NCBI GenBank assembly: GCA_035623825.1
Contig: DASPSR010000024.1
Coordinates: 18,555 to 82,554, forward strand
DNA from: Nitrospirota bacterium
Lineage (GTDB): Bacteria; Nitrospirota; UBA9217
DNA: 64,000 nucleotides
Direction of reading: 5' to 3'
Below, piece by piece: positions 20,226 to 31,811 of the stretch. How positions within the stretch are numbered: the stretch's first letter is position 1; the number at the start of each line of letters is the position of its first letter. A program made the position numbers and the translations under genes. The notes beneath the pieces are model-generated. The model saw only the letters and a program-made list of their open reading frames with translations. It ran no database searches and was not told where the DNA came from.

Positions 20226-23200
20226 GTGAGGAAAGGCATCCGCATATCGGCTTCGCTGCGGCGCATGGTCTCCGGCATTCATGCCGGGGCGTGCGCCGCA
20301 GTGCGCCCTTTTTCAGGAACTTCGGCAGTCTCCCTGCGCACGCATTATCCAATTTGCGCTTTCATTGCATCGTTTTTATTCATTTTCCTTTGTTCTTCGG
20401 ACCTCCCTGCGGCCACGCCGGCCGGGACGGTCATCTCGAACACAGCCGCGGCAGCCTATACGAACGGTCCTTCATCAGGGGCCATCATCAAAAATTCGAA
20501 CACCGTGACGGTCACGGCCGTGGCCTTCCGCACGCCCTCGACGATCGAATTGCTGCAGTACGCCCCCGGTGCCGCCGGCGCCCAGATGGTGACGCTCTCG
20601 CCGCCCGCATACAGCGCGAGCGGAACGGCAGCCGGGCCGTTCGTCACCCTGCCCTCCACCGTTCCCTCGGTCGGCGGCGCCACCATCAATCTCGCGAACC
20701 CCGTCCCGCTCGTCGCTGCGAGCCAATACCACGCGGGAGAGCCGGTCTTCATCAGGGTCACGGACCCTGACCAGAACCTGGACCCGAACACGGCCGAGAC
20801 CGTGCTCGTCACCGTGACGGACAATCTGACGGGCGACAGCGAGCTGCTTCGCCTCACCGAGACAGGGCCGAACACCGGCGTGTTCGCCGGTTACCTCCCG
20901 ACCACATCCGCGCCAAGTGTTCCCCACAATGGCCAGTTGAGCGTCGTGAGCAATTCGCGCGTCTCGGCAACATATACCGATGTTACAGACAACACGGACG
21001 CCTCCGCCGCCGCTGCCCTTGTCGATCCGCTCGGCAAGGTCTTCAGCAGTTCCAGCGGCCAGCCCGTGAACGGCGTCTCCATAACGATCGTCGACGCGAA
21101 CACCGGTCAGCCCGCGGCAGTCTTCGGGGATAACGGAGTTGCAACCTTCCCGTCCACTGTCGTGTCGGGCGGAACGATCATGGACAGCGGCGGAACTGCC
21201 TATTCTTTCCCTGCCGGGACATTCCGCTTCCCCGCCGTCCCGCCGGGAACCTACAGGTACGTGGTGACCACCCCAGCCGGCTACCGGTTCCCGTCCACGG
21301 TGCCGTTCGTGGGATTGCAGGGCCTTCCCGGAGGGCCGTTCGCCCTCACTCCCGCCTCCCAGGGGAGTGCGTTCACTTTGACCGCGGGCTTTACGGTCCA
21401 TATCGACATCCCCGTGGACACCTCGGGCAACAGGCTCTTTCTGCTCAAATCGGCGGCGAATTCGACCGCCGCGATCGGAGATTTCCTCCAGTATCAGCTG
21501 AGCGTGCAGAACACCGATACGACCGCGATTGTCCCGGCCGTCGTCGTGAGCGACGCTTTGCCCCTCGGGTTCCGCTACCGAAAGGGTTCCACCAAGCTCA
21601 ATGGTCTCGTCGCCCCGGACCCCTCGATATCAAGTGACGGCCGCACGCTGACCTTCACCGCCGGCGACCTCGCGGCCGGATCAACGGCTGCGATCTCTTA
21701 CGTGACGGAAATCGCGGCGGGAGCGCAGACGGGCACTGCTGTCAACACCGCCGTCGCAAGCGGCACGGGTGCGACCTCCAACACGGCAGCGGCACAGGTC
21801 CTGGTCACGGACGACCTCTTCAGCGGAAAGGCCTTCATTGCGGGCCGGCTGCGGGTGGACGGCTGCGGAAAACCCGATGCCGCCGAGGAAAATGGACTGG
21901 AGGGTGTACGACTGTTCCTTGAGGACGGCACCTATGTGGTGACCGACAAGAACGGCATGTATCACTTCGAGGGCGTGACTCCCGGCACCCACGTGGTGCA
22001 GGTCGACCTTGAAACGATCCCCGAGAAGTATGAGATCCTATCCTGCGAGGAGAACGACCGGTTCGCGGAGACCGCTTATTCACAGTTCGTGGACATCCAG
22101 GGCGGGACCCTCTGGCGGGCGGACTTCCACCTGGGCCTCAAGCCTCCACGGACCGGAGAGGCAGGGATCGATCTCCAAAGCGCGCTGACGAACGGTCCCG
22201 CGGCTGGCGCGAACGTGATCGAATACAGCATTCCACTCCATGTGGGGCCCGTGCCGCTCAGAAACCTGCGGCTCACCGTGATGCTGCCTGATGGAGCTTC
22301 CTACCAGCCCGGGAGCACTGGTTTGAACGCGGTCCCGCAGCCCGACCCCGGCATCACGGAGAACGCGCTCACCTTCCGCGTCGGTGACATGCCCGCGGAC
22401 TGGGACGGTACGTTGCGCTTCCGCGCTTCCATTCCCGTCGCGGGCAACGCCACTGACCTGGCGACGAAAGCGCTCCTGACCTTCGACACGCCGCAAAAGA
22501 AAGACGAAAGGACCCCCGTCGTCGACAACCTGCTGGTGCGGCGGGTCATGACGGAGCGCCGGACCACGCCGGACATCGTCCTCCATCCGCGGTTCGCAGT
22601 GCTGAACTCCGCATTAAACAAGAAGGACCAGGAGGCCATTGACCGCCTGATAGAAAGCCTTAAACAGGTGAAGGTGCGTCATATCACTGTGACGGGCCAT
22701 ACGGACTCGAAAAAGATAGCTGGCCACGGCCTGAGGCAGTTCAAGGACAACTATGAGCTGTCGCGGGCACGGGCCGAAACCGTCGGCCGCTATATCGCCG
22801 CTGGTTTGAACCTTTCCCCAGAGCAGGTAACGTTTATCGGCAAGGGGCCCGATGAGCCAGTGGCAACGAACGAGACAGCAGCAGGCCGTGCGTTGAACCG
22901 CCGCGTGGAGATCCAGGTCGAGACCGAAAGTGCCATTACCTCAGCCGAGCTGAAAAATGAAAAAGACCGGAGCGGAATGAAGACGGTCCCCACAACGGGC
23001 CTGCGGCCGGGCGAAAAGTGGGCAGAGGAGCCGAAGCACGGCGAGCAGGAGAAAAAGGAGATGCCCGAGTATACAAAGGCCTGGCTCGAGAGCGCCGAGC
23101 CCGGCCTAGCCTGGGTCTGGCCGGGTGACGGCTACCACCCGTCCCTCCCCGCATCCAGCATCGCGGTCAAACACGACCCCGAGCTGAAATTGAAGCTCTT

Positions 23201-26192
23201 CCTCAACGGTGCGGAGGTGGATTCGTTCTTCCTCGATACCACGCTCAAACGGCAGGACGACAAAGTGGCCCTCGCCATATGGAGAAACGTTCACCTGGAG
23301 GAGGGAGACAACATTCTCGAGGCGTCCCAGTATGACGAGAACGGCGCGCCGACCGCGCAGGTGAAACGGGTCATCCACTATTCACGGCCTCCGGTGAAGG
23401 CGGAGCTTGCGCCCGCGGCGTCGAAACTTGTCGCCGACGGCAAGACCCCTCCGATCATCGCCGTCCTGCTCACGGACAAGGACGGACATCCGGCGCGGGA
23501 GGGAGTGATCGGCGAGTATGCCGTCGATCCGCCCCATATCCCGCTCGCGAGGTCCGAGGACCTTCAGAAGAACCCCTTGACTGCCTCGACGAGCGACAAG
23601 CTGAAGTTTCAGGTCGGAGAAAACGGTATCGCGCTGATTCAACTGCAGCCGACGACGCAGACCGGCCAGGCCGTGATCAGATTCAAGCTGATGAATGGTG
23701 TCCAGGAGGTACGGGCGTGGCTCGAGCCAGAAAAGCGCGACTGGATTTTGGTGGGGCTTGCCGAGGGCACCGTAGGCTACAACGTGGTAAAGGGCAATAT
23801 GGAGAGCCTGGCGGCCTCGGGCGTGGACGACCAGTATTATAAGGACGGCAGGGTCGCATTCTACGCGAAAGGCGCGATCAAAGGCGAATGGCTCCTGACC
23901 ATCGCCTATGACAGCAACAAAAGTCCCAACGGCTACCCGGGCAGCCTCTATCAGACGATCGATCCGAATACGTACTATACGCTCTACGGAGATGCCACGA
24001 ATCAGCACTATGACGCGGCCAGTTCGCGCGCACTGTACCTCAAGCTCGAACGGAAACAGTTCTACGCCCTCTTCGGCGACTATGATACGGGCCTAACGAT
24101 GACCGAACTGTCGCGGTACACCCGTCAGTTCACCGGTCTGAAATCGGAAATGAAATCGAACAGCTTCGATTACACGATCTACGTAAGCCAGAACGACCAG
24201 ACGTTCATAAAGGATGAGATCCAGGGCAATGGCACATCCGGCCTCTACCAGTTGTCACAGAAGAACATCATGATCAATTCGGAAACGGTTGTGATCGAGA
24301 CGAGAGATCGCTTCAGGAGCGAATTGATCGTCTCCTCGCAGCCGCTGACTCGCTCCCTGGATTACACGATCGATTACAATGCGGGGACCATCTGGTTCAA
24401 AGCGCCTGTGTTCAGCAGGGATGCAAACTTCAACCCCAATTTCATCGTCGTGCGGTACGAAGTGCTCGGTTCCGACGGAAACTCCTACAATTACGGAGGC
24501 CGGGGCGCGGTGCGGGTGTATGACAACAAGGTCGAGGTCGGCGCCACGTACATCCACGAGGAGCAAAACGGCGGGACCGGGAACCTCGCAGGCGCCGATG
24601 CCACGGTCAAGCTCGATGACCATACGAAGCTAAAGGCCGAGGTGGCAACCACGAAGAACGACGAGAGCGGCTCGCCGACCGAGGGCACGGCCTACCTCGC
24701 GGAGCTGTCGAGCCGTACGGACAAGTTCGAGGGAAAGGCCTATGTGCGGGACCAGCCGCCGGGATTCGGCCTCGGTCAGCAGAACGTCAGCGAAACAGGC
24801 ACCCGCAAGACGGGATTCGACCTCGCCTACCGTTTGGGCCAGTCGTTCAGTCTGCAGAGCGAGGTTTACCACGAGATAAACCTCGCGACCGAGGCCGTCA
24901 GAGACGTAGCCGAACTGGAGTCGAGGTATTCCGAAAAGCGCTATGAGGTCTTCGGCGGCGTGCGCTACGCTGAAGACACGTTCGTCAACAGCCCGACGCA
25001 GTTGTCGGACCAGATTTTCGTCGGCAGCCGGTACCAGATGACGGACCGTCTTTCCTTCACCGTCCGCCGCGACCAGTCTATCGGGGGTGAAAACGGGAAT
25101 GCCGATTTTCCAACACGCACGATCCTGGGGGCCGATTACAAGCTAAACAGCTCCGCTACGCTCTTTGCGAACCAGGAGCTGACGCACGGGGCAAGTCAAG
25201 ATACGGCCACCTCGCGCGTCGGTCTGCGCTCCTCGCCGTGGGCCGGCGGACAGATCAACTCCACGATAGAGGATCAGTCCTCGGAAAACGGCGAGCGGCT
25301 CTTCTCCACCCTGGGCCTTAAGCAGACTTGGCAGGTGAACAAGCAATGGTCCGTGGACGTCGGGCTCGACCGCTCGGCGACGATCTCAGGTGCGACGGGA
25401 ACGACTCCGCCGCCCCCCCAGTTCAACAGCAACGTGCCTCCGGCATCGGGAGGACCGAACTTCACCGCCGTTTCTCTCGGCGCGGGATACCGGGCTGAAA
25501 AGTGGTCATGGACGGGCCGCGTGGAAGAACGTTTCGCTTCAGGCGACAAGAATTTGGTGGTCCTCTCCGGCGTGAACGGAGAGGTGCGGGAAGGGCTAGG
25601 GCTCGCCGCGGGGGTCCGGGTGTTCCAGATGCCGAACACGAACGGCGCCAGGACCTCTAACGACGATCTGCGGTTGAGCCTTGCGTACCGTCCGAAGAAT
25701 AGCGACTGGATCGTGCTCGACCGCCTGGACTTTATCATCGATGAGCGCAGGGACAGCTCGTTCGACTACAACACCTGGCGCACCGTCAACAACCTGAACG
25801 TGAACTACAAGCCGGCTCATGACATGCAAATCGCCCTCCAGTATGCGTGTAAGTACGTCCAGGAGACCATCGACCAGCTGGACTACCGGGGTTATACGGA
25901 CCTCATCGGACTGGAAGGCAGGTATGACGTGACCAAAACGTGGGACATCGGACTTCGAGTCAAAGTGCTTCATAGCTGGAGCGCGGACCAGTATAAATAC
26001 GGCACAGGTCCTTTCGTTGGATTTAATTTCGCCAAGAACCTCCTCCTCCAGGTGGGTTACAATATCACAGGATTCTCGGACAGGGATTTTTCGAAGGCCG
26101 ATTTCACCGCCTGCGGTCCTTTCCTCAAGCTGAGCCTCAAGTTCGACCAGATGAGCATTCGCGAAGCGGTGAAATTGTTCTCCGGCCAGTGA
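20226..26192 (+). CDS. Giant outer-membrane protein: DUF11/Ig domains, OmpA peptidoglycan-binding domain, long C-terminal beta-barrel-like region
   Basis: Mature N-terminus ATPAGTVISNTA; OmpA motifs VTGHTDS, NYELSRARA, G.GPDEPVATN..GRALNRRVEI; about 800 aa of amphipathic, aromatic-rich beta-strands at the C-terminus. Confidence 0.88.
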   Translation: MRKGIRISASLRRMVSGIHAGACAAVRPFSGTSAVSLRTHYPICAFIASFLFIFLCSSDLPAATPAGTVISNTAAAAYTNGPSSGAIIKNSNTVTVTAVAFRTPSTIELLQYAPGAAGAQMVTLSPPAYSASGTAAGPFVTLPSTVPSVGGATINLANPVPLVAASQYHAGEPVFIRVTDPDQNLDPNTAETVLVTVTDNLTGDSELLRLTETGPNTGVFAGYLPTTSAPSVPHNGQLSVVSNSRVSATYTDVTDNTDASAAAALVDPLGKVFSSSSGQPVNGVSITIVDANTGQPAAVFGDNGVATFPSTVVSGGTIMDSGGTAYSFPAGTFRFPAVPPGTYRYVVTTPAGYRFPSTVPFVGLQGLPGGPFALTPASQGSAFTLTAGFTVHIDIPVDTSGNRLFLLKSAANSTAAIGDFLQYQLSVQNTDTTAIVPAVVVSDALPLGFRYRKGSTKLNGLVAPDPSISSDGRTLTFTAGDLAAGSTAAISYVTEIAAGAQTGTAVNTAVASGTGATSNTAAAQVLVTDDLFSGKAFIAGRLRVDGCGKPDAAEENGLEGVRLFLEDGTYVVTDKNGMYHFEGVTPGTHVVQVDLETIPEKYEILSCEENDRFAETAYSQFVDIQGGTLWRADFHLGLKPPRTGEAGIDLQSALTNGPAAGANVIEYSIPLHVGPVPLRNLRLTVMLPDGASYQPGSTGLNAVPQPDPGITENALTFRVGDMPADWDGTLRFRASIPVAGNATDLATKALLTFDTPQKKDERTPVVDNLLVRRVMTERRTTPDIVLHPRFAVLNSALNKKDQEAIDRLIESLKQVKVRHITVTGHTDSKKIAGHGLRQFKDNYELSRARAETVGRYIAAGLNLSPEQVTFIGKGPDEPVATNETAAGRALNRRVEIQVETESAITSAELKNEKDRSGMKTVPTTGLRPGEKWAEEPKHGEQEKKEMPEYTKAWLESAEPGLAWVWPGDGYHPSLPASSIAVKHDPELKLKLFLNGAEVDSFFLDTTLKRQDDKVALAIWRNVHLEEGDNILEASQYDENGAPTAQVKRVIHYSRPPVKAELAPAASKLVADGKTPPIIAVLLTDKDGHPAREGVIGEYAVDPPHIPLARSEDLQKNPLTASTSDKLKFQVGENGIALIQLQPTTQTGQAVIRFKLMNGVQEVRAWLEPEKRDWILVGLAEGTVGYNVVKGNMESLAASGVDDQYYKDGRVAFYAKGAIKGEWLLTIAYDSNKSPNGYPGSLYQTIDPNTYYTLYGDATNQHYDAASSRALYLKLERKQFYALFGDYDTGLTMTELSRYTRQFTGLKSEMKSNSFDYTIYVSQNDQTFIKDEIQGNGTSGLYQLSQKNIMINSETVVIETRDRFRSELIVSSQPLTRSLDYTIDYNAGTIWFKAPVFSRDANFNPNFIVVRYEVLGSDGNSYNYGGRGAVRVYDNKVEVGATYIHEEQNGGTGNLAGADATVKLDDHTKLKAEVATTKNDESGSPTEGTAYLAELSSRTDKFEGKAYVRDQPPGFGLGQQNVSETGTRKTGFDLAYRLGQSFSLQSEVYHEINLATEAVRDVAELESRYSEKRYEVFGGVRYAEDTFVNSPTQLSDQIFVGSRYQMTDRLSFTVRRDQSIGGENGNADFPTRTILGADYKLNSSATLFANQELTHGASQDTATSRVGLRSSPWAGGQINSTIEDQSSENGERLFSTLGLKQTWQVNKQWSVDVGLDRSATISGATGTTPPPPQFNSNVPPASGGPNFTAVSLGAGYRAEKWSWTGRVEERFASGDKNLVVLSGVNGEVREGLGLAAGVRVFQMPNTNGARTSNDDLRLSLAYRPKNSDWIVLDRLDFIIDERRDSSFDYNTWRTVNNLNVNYKPAHDMQIALQYACKYVQETIDQLDYRGYTDLIGLEGRYDVTKTWDIGLRVKVLHSWSADQYKYGTGPFVGFNFAKNLLLQVGYNITGFSDRDFSKADFTACGPFLKLSLKFDQMSIREAVKLFSGQ

Positions 26193-26492
26193 GCACAAGG
26201 TTCAGAGGCATGGACGATGGATTTATTCAACCATCTTTTTTTCTATTCTTGATATATTCTGAAACTAGATTAATAGATTCGAGTCCAAGGAAATCGAACT
26301 CTTCAAAATGCGGGGCAGTCGCTGCAAGCAGGCTATAGACAATTATATAGGAGCAGGTCTAAATCTCTTCGGGTTTCATATCTGAAGGCCTGTCGCACTC
26401 AGAAAATACGACAGACAGGCTGTGACAATATTGCCTTTAGCCTGCCTGATCGGAAACACGCTATTTTATCATCACAGCAGCCGGGTCGGTTT

Positions 26493-26846
26493 TTATTTCC
26501 CTTGCAGCTCTGCCGCCCTCATCTTATGCCATTTTTCGGTTTCAAGGTAATCGGATTTTAATTTCTCAGTATCATGAATTATGGCATCGCAATGCTTTTC
26601 CATTTCCTTTAGCCGACTGACAGGCGTTACCTTTTCATTAATAAAGTACTGTTGTTTGTACTCGCTTTTCATCTGCTGATGCTCTGCGATAATCGCGTCC
26701 TGCTCAACTGCCTTGCCTGCGTAATATTTCTCCATCTTGAGATGGTCGGCGGCCACCTGTGACGGCTCGGTAGCGTACACGTTTTGGGAAAACGCAAAAC
26801 CAATAAGAAGCGCTAAACTTAAAATTGTAATCCTATGCTTTTTCAT
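26493..26846 (-). CDS. Periplasmic helical hypothetical protein (His/Met-rich, possibly metal-binding)
   Basis: Signal MKKHRITILSLALLIGFAFSQNVYA; HQQMK, HCDAIIHD, WHKMRAAEL. Confidence 0.65.
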   Translation of the reverse strand: MKKHRITILSLALLIGFAFSQNVYATEPSQVAADHLKMEKYYAGKAVEQDAIIAEHQQMKSEYKQQYFINEKVTPVSRLKEMEKHCDAIIHDTEKLKSDYLETEKWHKMRAAELQGK

Positions 26847-26944
26847 TTTATCCCCCGTTTTAATAATTTTAAATAGGTCAACTAGGTTGAACCTCATTTT
26901 TCCCTTGCATCCATTGTTTCACCTCCAATCCCCGAACGTAACTA

Positions 26945-27343
26945 CTACCGTGCATCAACATTAAACGTGGCCGATGCCGGTGCTTTCCCGGGTTGAGTGA
27001 TAGTGGCATCTATTTTCCATCCGCCTTCCATGGCAACGTTAACCGTAAAGGGATACTCGTTCCCCTTGAGCTGGGGCTGAACGCTGCTTTCCATAGGTGC
27101 CATCCCGGGCATCGGCGGCATATAGAAACGGATATCGACTTTGGCATCCGTCACCGCTTTTCCCGAAGATTCCACTACTTTCACCGATAAATTATTGTCT
27201 CCCTTTATCAGCGGGTAACGGTCGGCTCTGAGAGTAATGTTCAGGCCGGCAGCATTCTTCTGCGATTCGTATCCCTTGGAACATCCTCCTAAAACAGCGA
27301 CTGATAGCACGAGCACCAAAACCACCAAAACCTGCCTCTTCAT
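26945..27343 (-). CDS. FixH/YtkA-like lipoprotein
   Basis: Lipobox LGGC; G.AVTDAKV...YMPPMPGM.PM..., MEGGW motif. Confidence 0.8.
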   Translation of the reverse strand: MKRQVLVVLVLVLSVAVLGGCSKGYESQKNAAGLNITLRADRYPLIKGDNNLSVKVVESSGKAVTDAKVDIRFYMPPMPGMAPMESSVQPQLKGNEYPFTVNVAMEGGWKIDATITQPGKAPASATFNVDAR

Positions 27344-27582
27344 GATTGAAATTCCTCCTAAGAATTATTTATTTATATTTTTTTATAGATTGCATCTTTT
27401 ATACCATTTTGTTGCATTAATTATTCCGGCTAGTTACGTGCTGTTGACTGACCATACTGAAGCGTCTGATTGATAAGCTGAAGGAAATGCTACAGTGCGG
27501 AGGATTTTTGAACCGACGGACTTCAGAAAAAAATGTAAATCGACAAATCAGGTCCTACTGGTTTTGCGCTGAAACGTCGTTT

Positions 27583-28515
27583 TTATTTAGGCTTGTTATT
27601 GGGCTCCCTGCTCAGATAACGGTCGCCGCTATCGGGGAACATTACAACAATGGTCCCCTGTTCAAGCGTTTTTGCCACCTTCATTGCAGCTGTCAAGGCT
27701 GCGCCCGATGATGTGCCTACGAACAGCCCTTCCTCCCTCGCCAGCCGCTTCGTCATCTCGAATGCCTCCTCGGTCCCGACGGTAAGCCGCTCGTCTGGAA
27801 AGTTCATGTCAAAAATGCCGGGAATGATGGCCTCTTCCCCGAGATATTTAGTTCCCTCGATGCCGTGCAGTGCGTCGTCGGGGTGGACCGAGAGCACCTG
27901 AATGTCCTTGCGGTACGCTTTAAGCGCTCGGCCGGTGCCCATAACAGTGCCGCCGGTGCCGACGCAGGCGATGAAATGGGTGACCGTACCGCCTGTCGCC
28001 GAGATGACTTCGGGGCCGGTGGTCAGCTCGTGGGCCTTTGGATTTGATGGATTGTTGTACTGATCAGGCTGGAAGTACCGCTCCGGCTCTTTCTGGACGA
28101 TTTCCTGTGCCAGGCGGATGGCGCCATCAGCGCCCTCAAAAGGGCTGGAGAAGACAAGCTCCGCGCCGAAGCCTGCAATGATTTTTTTTCGCTCGATACT
28201 CGCGTTCTCCGGGATCACGATCGTGACGCGGTAACCTTTCACCGCGCCGATCAGTGCATAGGCGATCCCCGTGTTCCCTGACGAGGAATCGAGGATGATC
28301 CTGTCCCTGGTGAGCGTACCCGCCTGCTCGGCGTCGCTGATCATGCGAAATGCGGCTCGGTCCTTCACGGACCCGCCGGGATTGCAGCGTTCGAGTTTGG
28401 CAAAAAGCCGGACCTTGGGCTTCAGCACAGCGGTGATCTTGGTAATCCGGACGAGCGGTGTGCCGCCGATCAGGCCGAGGGGCGAGTCTGCAATTCTATC
28501 GAGCGTCAAATTCAT
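27583..28515 (-). CDS. cysM: Cysteine synthase (CysM-like PLP enzyme)
   Basis: GGTPLV, AKLE..NPGGSVKDR, SSGNTG, GTGGT, PDSGDRYLS. Confidence 0.85.
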   Translation of the reverse strand: MNLTLDRIADSPLGLIGGTPLVRITKITAVLKPKVRLFAKLERCNPGGSVKDRAAFRMISDAEQAGTLTRDRIILDSSSGNTGIAYALIGAVKGYRVTIVIPENASIERKKIIAGFGAELVFSSPFEGADGAIRLAQEIVQKEPERYFQPDQYNNPSNPKAHELTTGPEVISATGGTVTHFIACVGTGGTVMGTGRALKAYRKDIQVLSVHPDDALHGIEGTKYLGEEAIIPGIFDMNFPDERLTVGTEEAFEMTKRLAREEGLFVGTSSGAALTAAMKVAKTLEQGTIVVMFPDSGDRYLSREPNNKPK

Positions 28516-28560
28516 AGGGAATGCAATTCATTATAGCATGACCGGCTCAAAGATGCATAC

Positions 28561-29217
28561 TCATTGCTGCGGATTGCCGGGAACCGGCAGACGGTTCCGG
28601 GCCAGTAGCTGATCCCGCGGGGCGACCGTCCTGGCCAGCAGAAAGATGCCAGTCTCCGCCCGGAGGTTCGGCAGCGCGTACACCGTGCGCGCCTTGGACA
28701 GGCACACCCGGCGGAGTACAGCCACGGAGCGCTCGCGGCAGAAGGACTCGAAGTCCGCGATGCTCAGAAAGTGGAGGTTTGGCGTATGGTACCAGGCATA
28801 GGGCAGGGCCTGCGTGACCGGCGTCCTGCCTCGCAGGCAGATCTGGAGCCGCGAAGGCCAATAGGCGAAGTTCGGGAATGCCACGATCACTTCCCGGCCC
28901 ACGCGCATCGCCTCGGACAGCGCGTGGTCGGGCTGCCGCACCTGCTGGAGGCTCTGGTCGAAGATCACATAGTCGAAGGACCGATCGCCGTACTCGGACA
29001 GGCCGGTGTCGATGTCGCCGTGGACCACGCTCAGGCCTTTCGCCACGCACTGGTAAATGGCCTGCTCATCACGCTCGAGACCTTGGGCGCGAACGCCCTT
29101 TTCCCTGACCAGGAGGTCCAGGAGCGTGCCGTCGCCGCAGCCGAGGTCCAGCACCGACGCGCCGGGGCGCACGAGGCCGGCAATCGTCCGGTGCTCCAGT
29201 TTCGCCTCAACTGCCAT
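28561..29217 (-). CDS. metW: Methionine biosynthesis protein MetW
   Basis: VLDLGCGDG SAM motif, AFPNFAYW, LPYAWYHTPNLH; directly downstream of metX. Confidence 0.93.
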   Translation of the reverse strand: MAVEAKLEHRTIAGLVRPGASVLDLGCGDGTLLDLLVREKGVRAQGLERDEQAIYQCVAKGLSVVHGDIDTGLSEYGDRSFDYVIFDQSLQQVRQPDHALSEAMRVGREVIVAFPNFAYWPSRLQICLRGRTPVTQALPYAWYHTPNLHFLSIADFESFCRERSVAVLRRVCLSKARTVYALPNLRAETGIFLLARTVAPRDQLLARNRLPVPGNPQQ

Positions 29218-30376
29218 GGATGTTGTCCGTCCGCCCCCGCGTTACGTTCTCCAGAAAGTGCGTGATGAGATGGGTCTCCTCGTCCGTTTCGAGCAGGAAC
29301 GCGTCATGGCCGTACGTGGAGTCGATCTCACAGTACGTCGCGTCCAATCCGGCAAGCTTGCAGGCCTTCACGATCTCACGCGACTGGTGGGCCGGGTAGA
29401 GCCAGTCCGATCGGAAGGCGATGACCAGCGCCCTCGCCTGGGAGCCGGCAAGAGCCTTGTGCATCATTCCTCCGCGGGCTGCATCGTAGCGGTCCATAGC
29501 CTTGGTGATGTAGAGGTATGAATTGGCGTCGAAGCGCTCGACGAAGCTGGTGCCGCGGTGATGCAGGTAGCCTTCGACCTCGAAATCGGCGGTGAACTTG
29601 AACGGCCGTCGATTCTCCCGGAACCGCCTGCCGAACTTCCGTTCCATGGAGAGGTCGCTCATGTAAGTGATATGACCGACCATCCGAGCCACGGCAAGGC
29701 CGCGGGCGGGAAGCGGCCCGCCGTAGTAGCTTCCATCCTTCCAGTTCGGGTCCGCCATGATCGCCTGCCTGCCGACCTCGTGGAAGGCGATCTGCTGCGG
29801 CGAGTGGCACAACGCGGTGGCGATGGGGATGGCGCTCCGGACCCGTCCAGGACGGGAGACCAGCCACTCGAGCACCTGCATGCCGCCCATCGAACCGCCG
29901 GCCACGGCGAGGAGCCGGTCGATACCCAGGTGGTCCAGCAGCCGTGATTGAGCGGTCACCATGTCGCCGATCGTCACGACCGAAAAGTCGAGGCCGTAAG
30001 GCTTTCCGGTGGCTGGGTCTATCGAGGCTGGCCCGGACGATCCCCTGCACCCGCCGATCACGTTGGAGCAGATGATGAAGTATCTCTCCGTGTCAAAGGC
30101 CCTACCAGGACCGATCATGCTGTCCCACCAGCCAATCCTGCCCGTGGCCCGGTCCGAGCCCGCGGCGTGTGCGTCGCCGGAAAGTGCGTGACAAAGCAGG
30201 ATTGCGTTGTCCCGCCGTGCACTGAGACTTCCGTAGGTCTCGTAGGCTACGGTGACCGGGGACAGGACCTCCCCACTCTCCAGCACCAGAGAGCCAAAAG
30301 TGAAGGATTGTGTTTCTGTTTCGCCGACGGAGCCCAAGCCCGCGTCGGATCTTCTGTGTGTTAAATGCAGACTCAT
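29207..30376 (-). CDS. metX: Homoserine O-acyltransferase MetX
   Basis: CHALSGDAH, SNVIGGC.GS, GGSMGGM nucleophile, DWLYP, GHDAFL. Confidence 0.95.
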   Translation of the reverse strand: MSLHLTHRRSDAGLGSVGETETQSFTFGSLVLESGEVLSPVTVAYETYGSLSARRDNAILLCHALSGDAHAAGSDRATGRIGWWDSMIGPGRAFDTERYFIICSNVIGGCRGSSGPASIDPATGKPYGLDFSVVTIGDMVTAQSRLLDHLGIDRLLAVAGGSMGGMQVLEWLVSRPGRVRSAIPIATALCHSPQQIAFHEVGRQAIMADPNWKDGSYYGGPLPARGLAVARMVGHITYMSDLSMERKFGRRFRENRRPFKFTADFEVEGYLHHRGTSFVERFDANSYLYITKAMDRYDAARGGMMHKALAGSQARALVIAFRSDWLYPAHQSREIVKACKLAGLDATYCEIDSTYGHDAFLLETDEETHLITHFLENVTRGRTDNIHGS

Positions 30377-30430
30377 GGCTATCTCTTTTCCGGCAATCCG
30401 GTTTCCTCCGTGATATGCGCTGAAGGCGCC

Positions 30431-31768
<1,338 letters not shown>

Positions 31769-31811
31769 TTATGGCGCCCCTGCTCGCGTGTTGTTCCTGC
31801 CGCGTCGGCCG

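Noticed and set aside
13090-26198. Many antisense and alternate-frame ORFs over the DUF11 operon (e.g. 14534-15190, 20475-21401, 23382-24008)
   Set aside because: Shadow ORFs caused by high-GC codon bias on the coding strand; no recognisable motifs.
27498-27526. GGAGGATTTTTGAACCGACGGACTTCAG, faintly like the tRNA T-arm fragment
   Set aside because: Too many mismatches, no CCA end or palindrome; could be chance.
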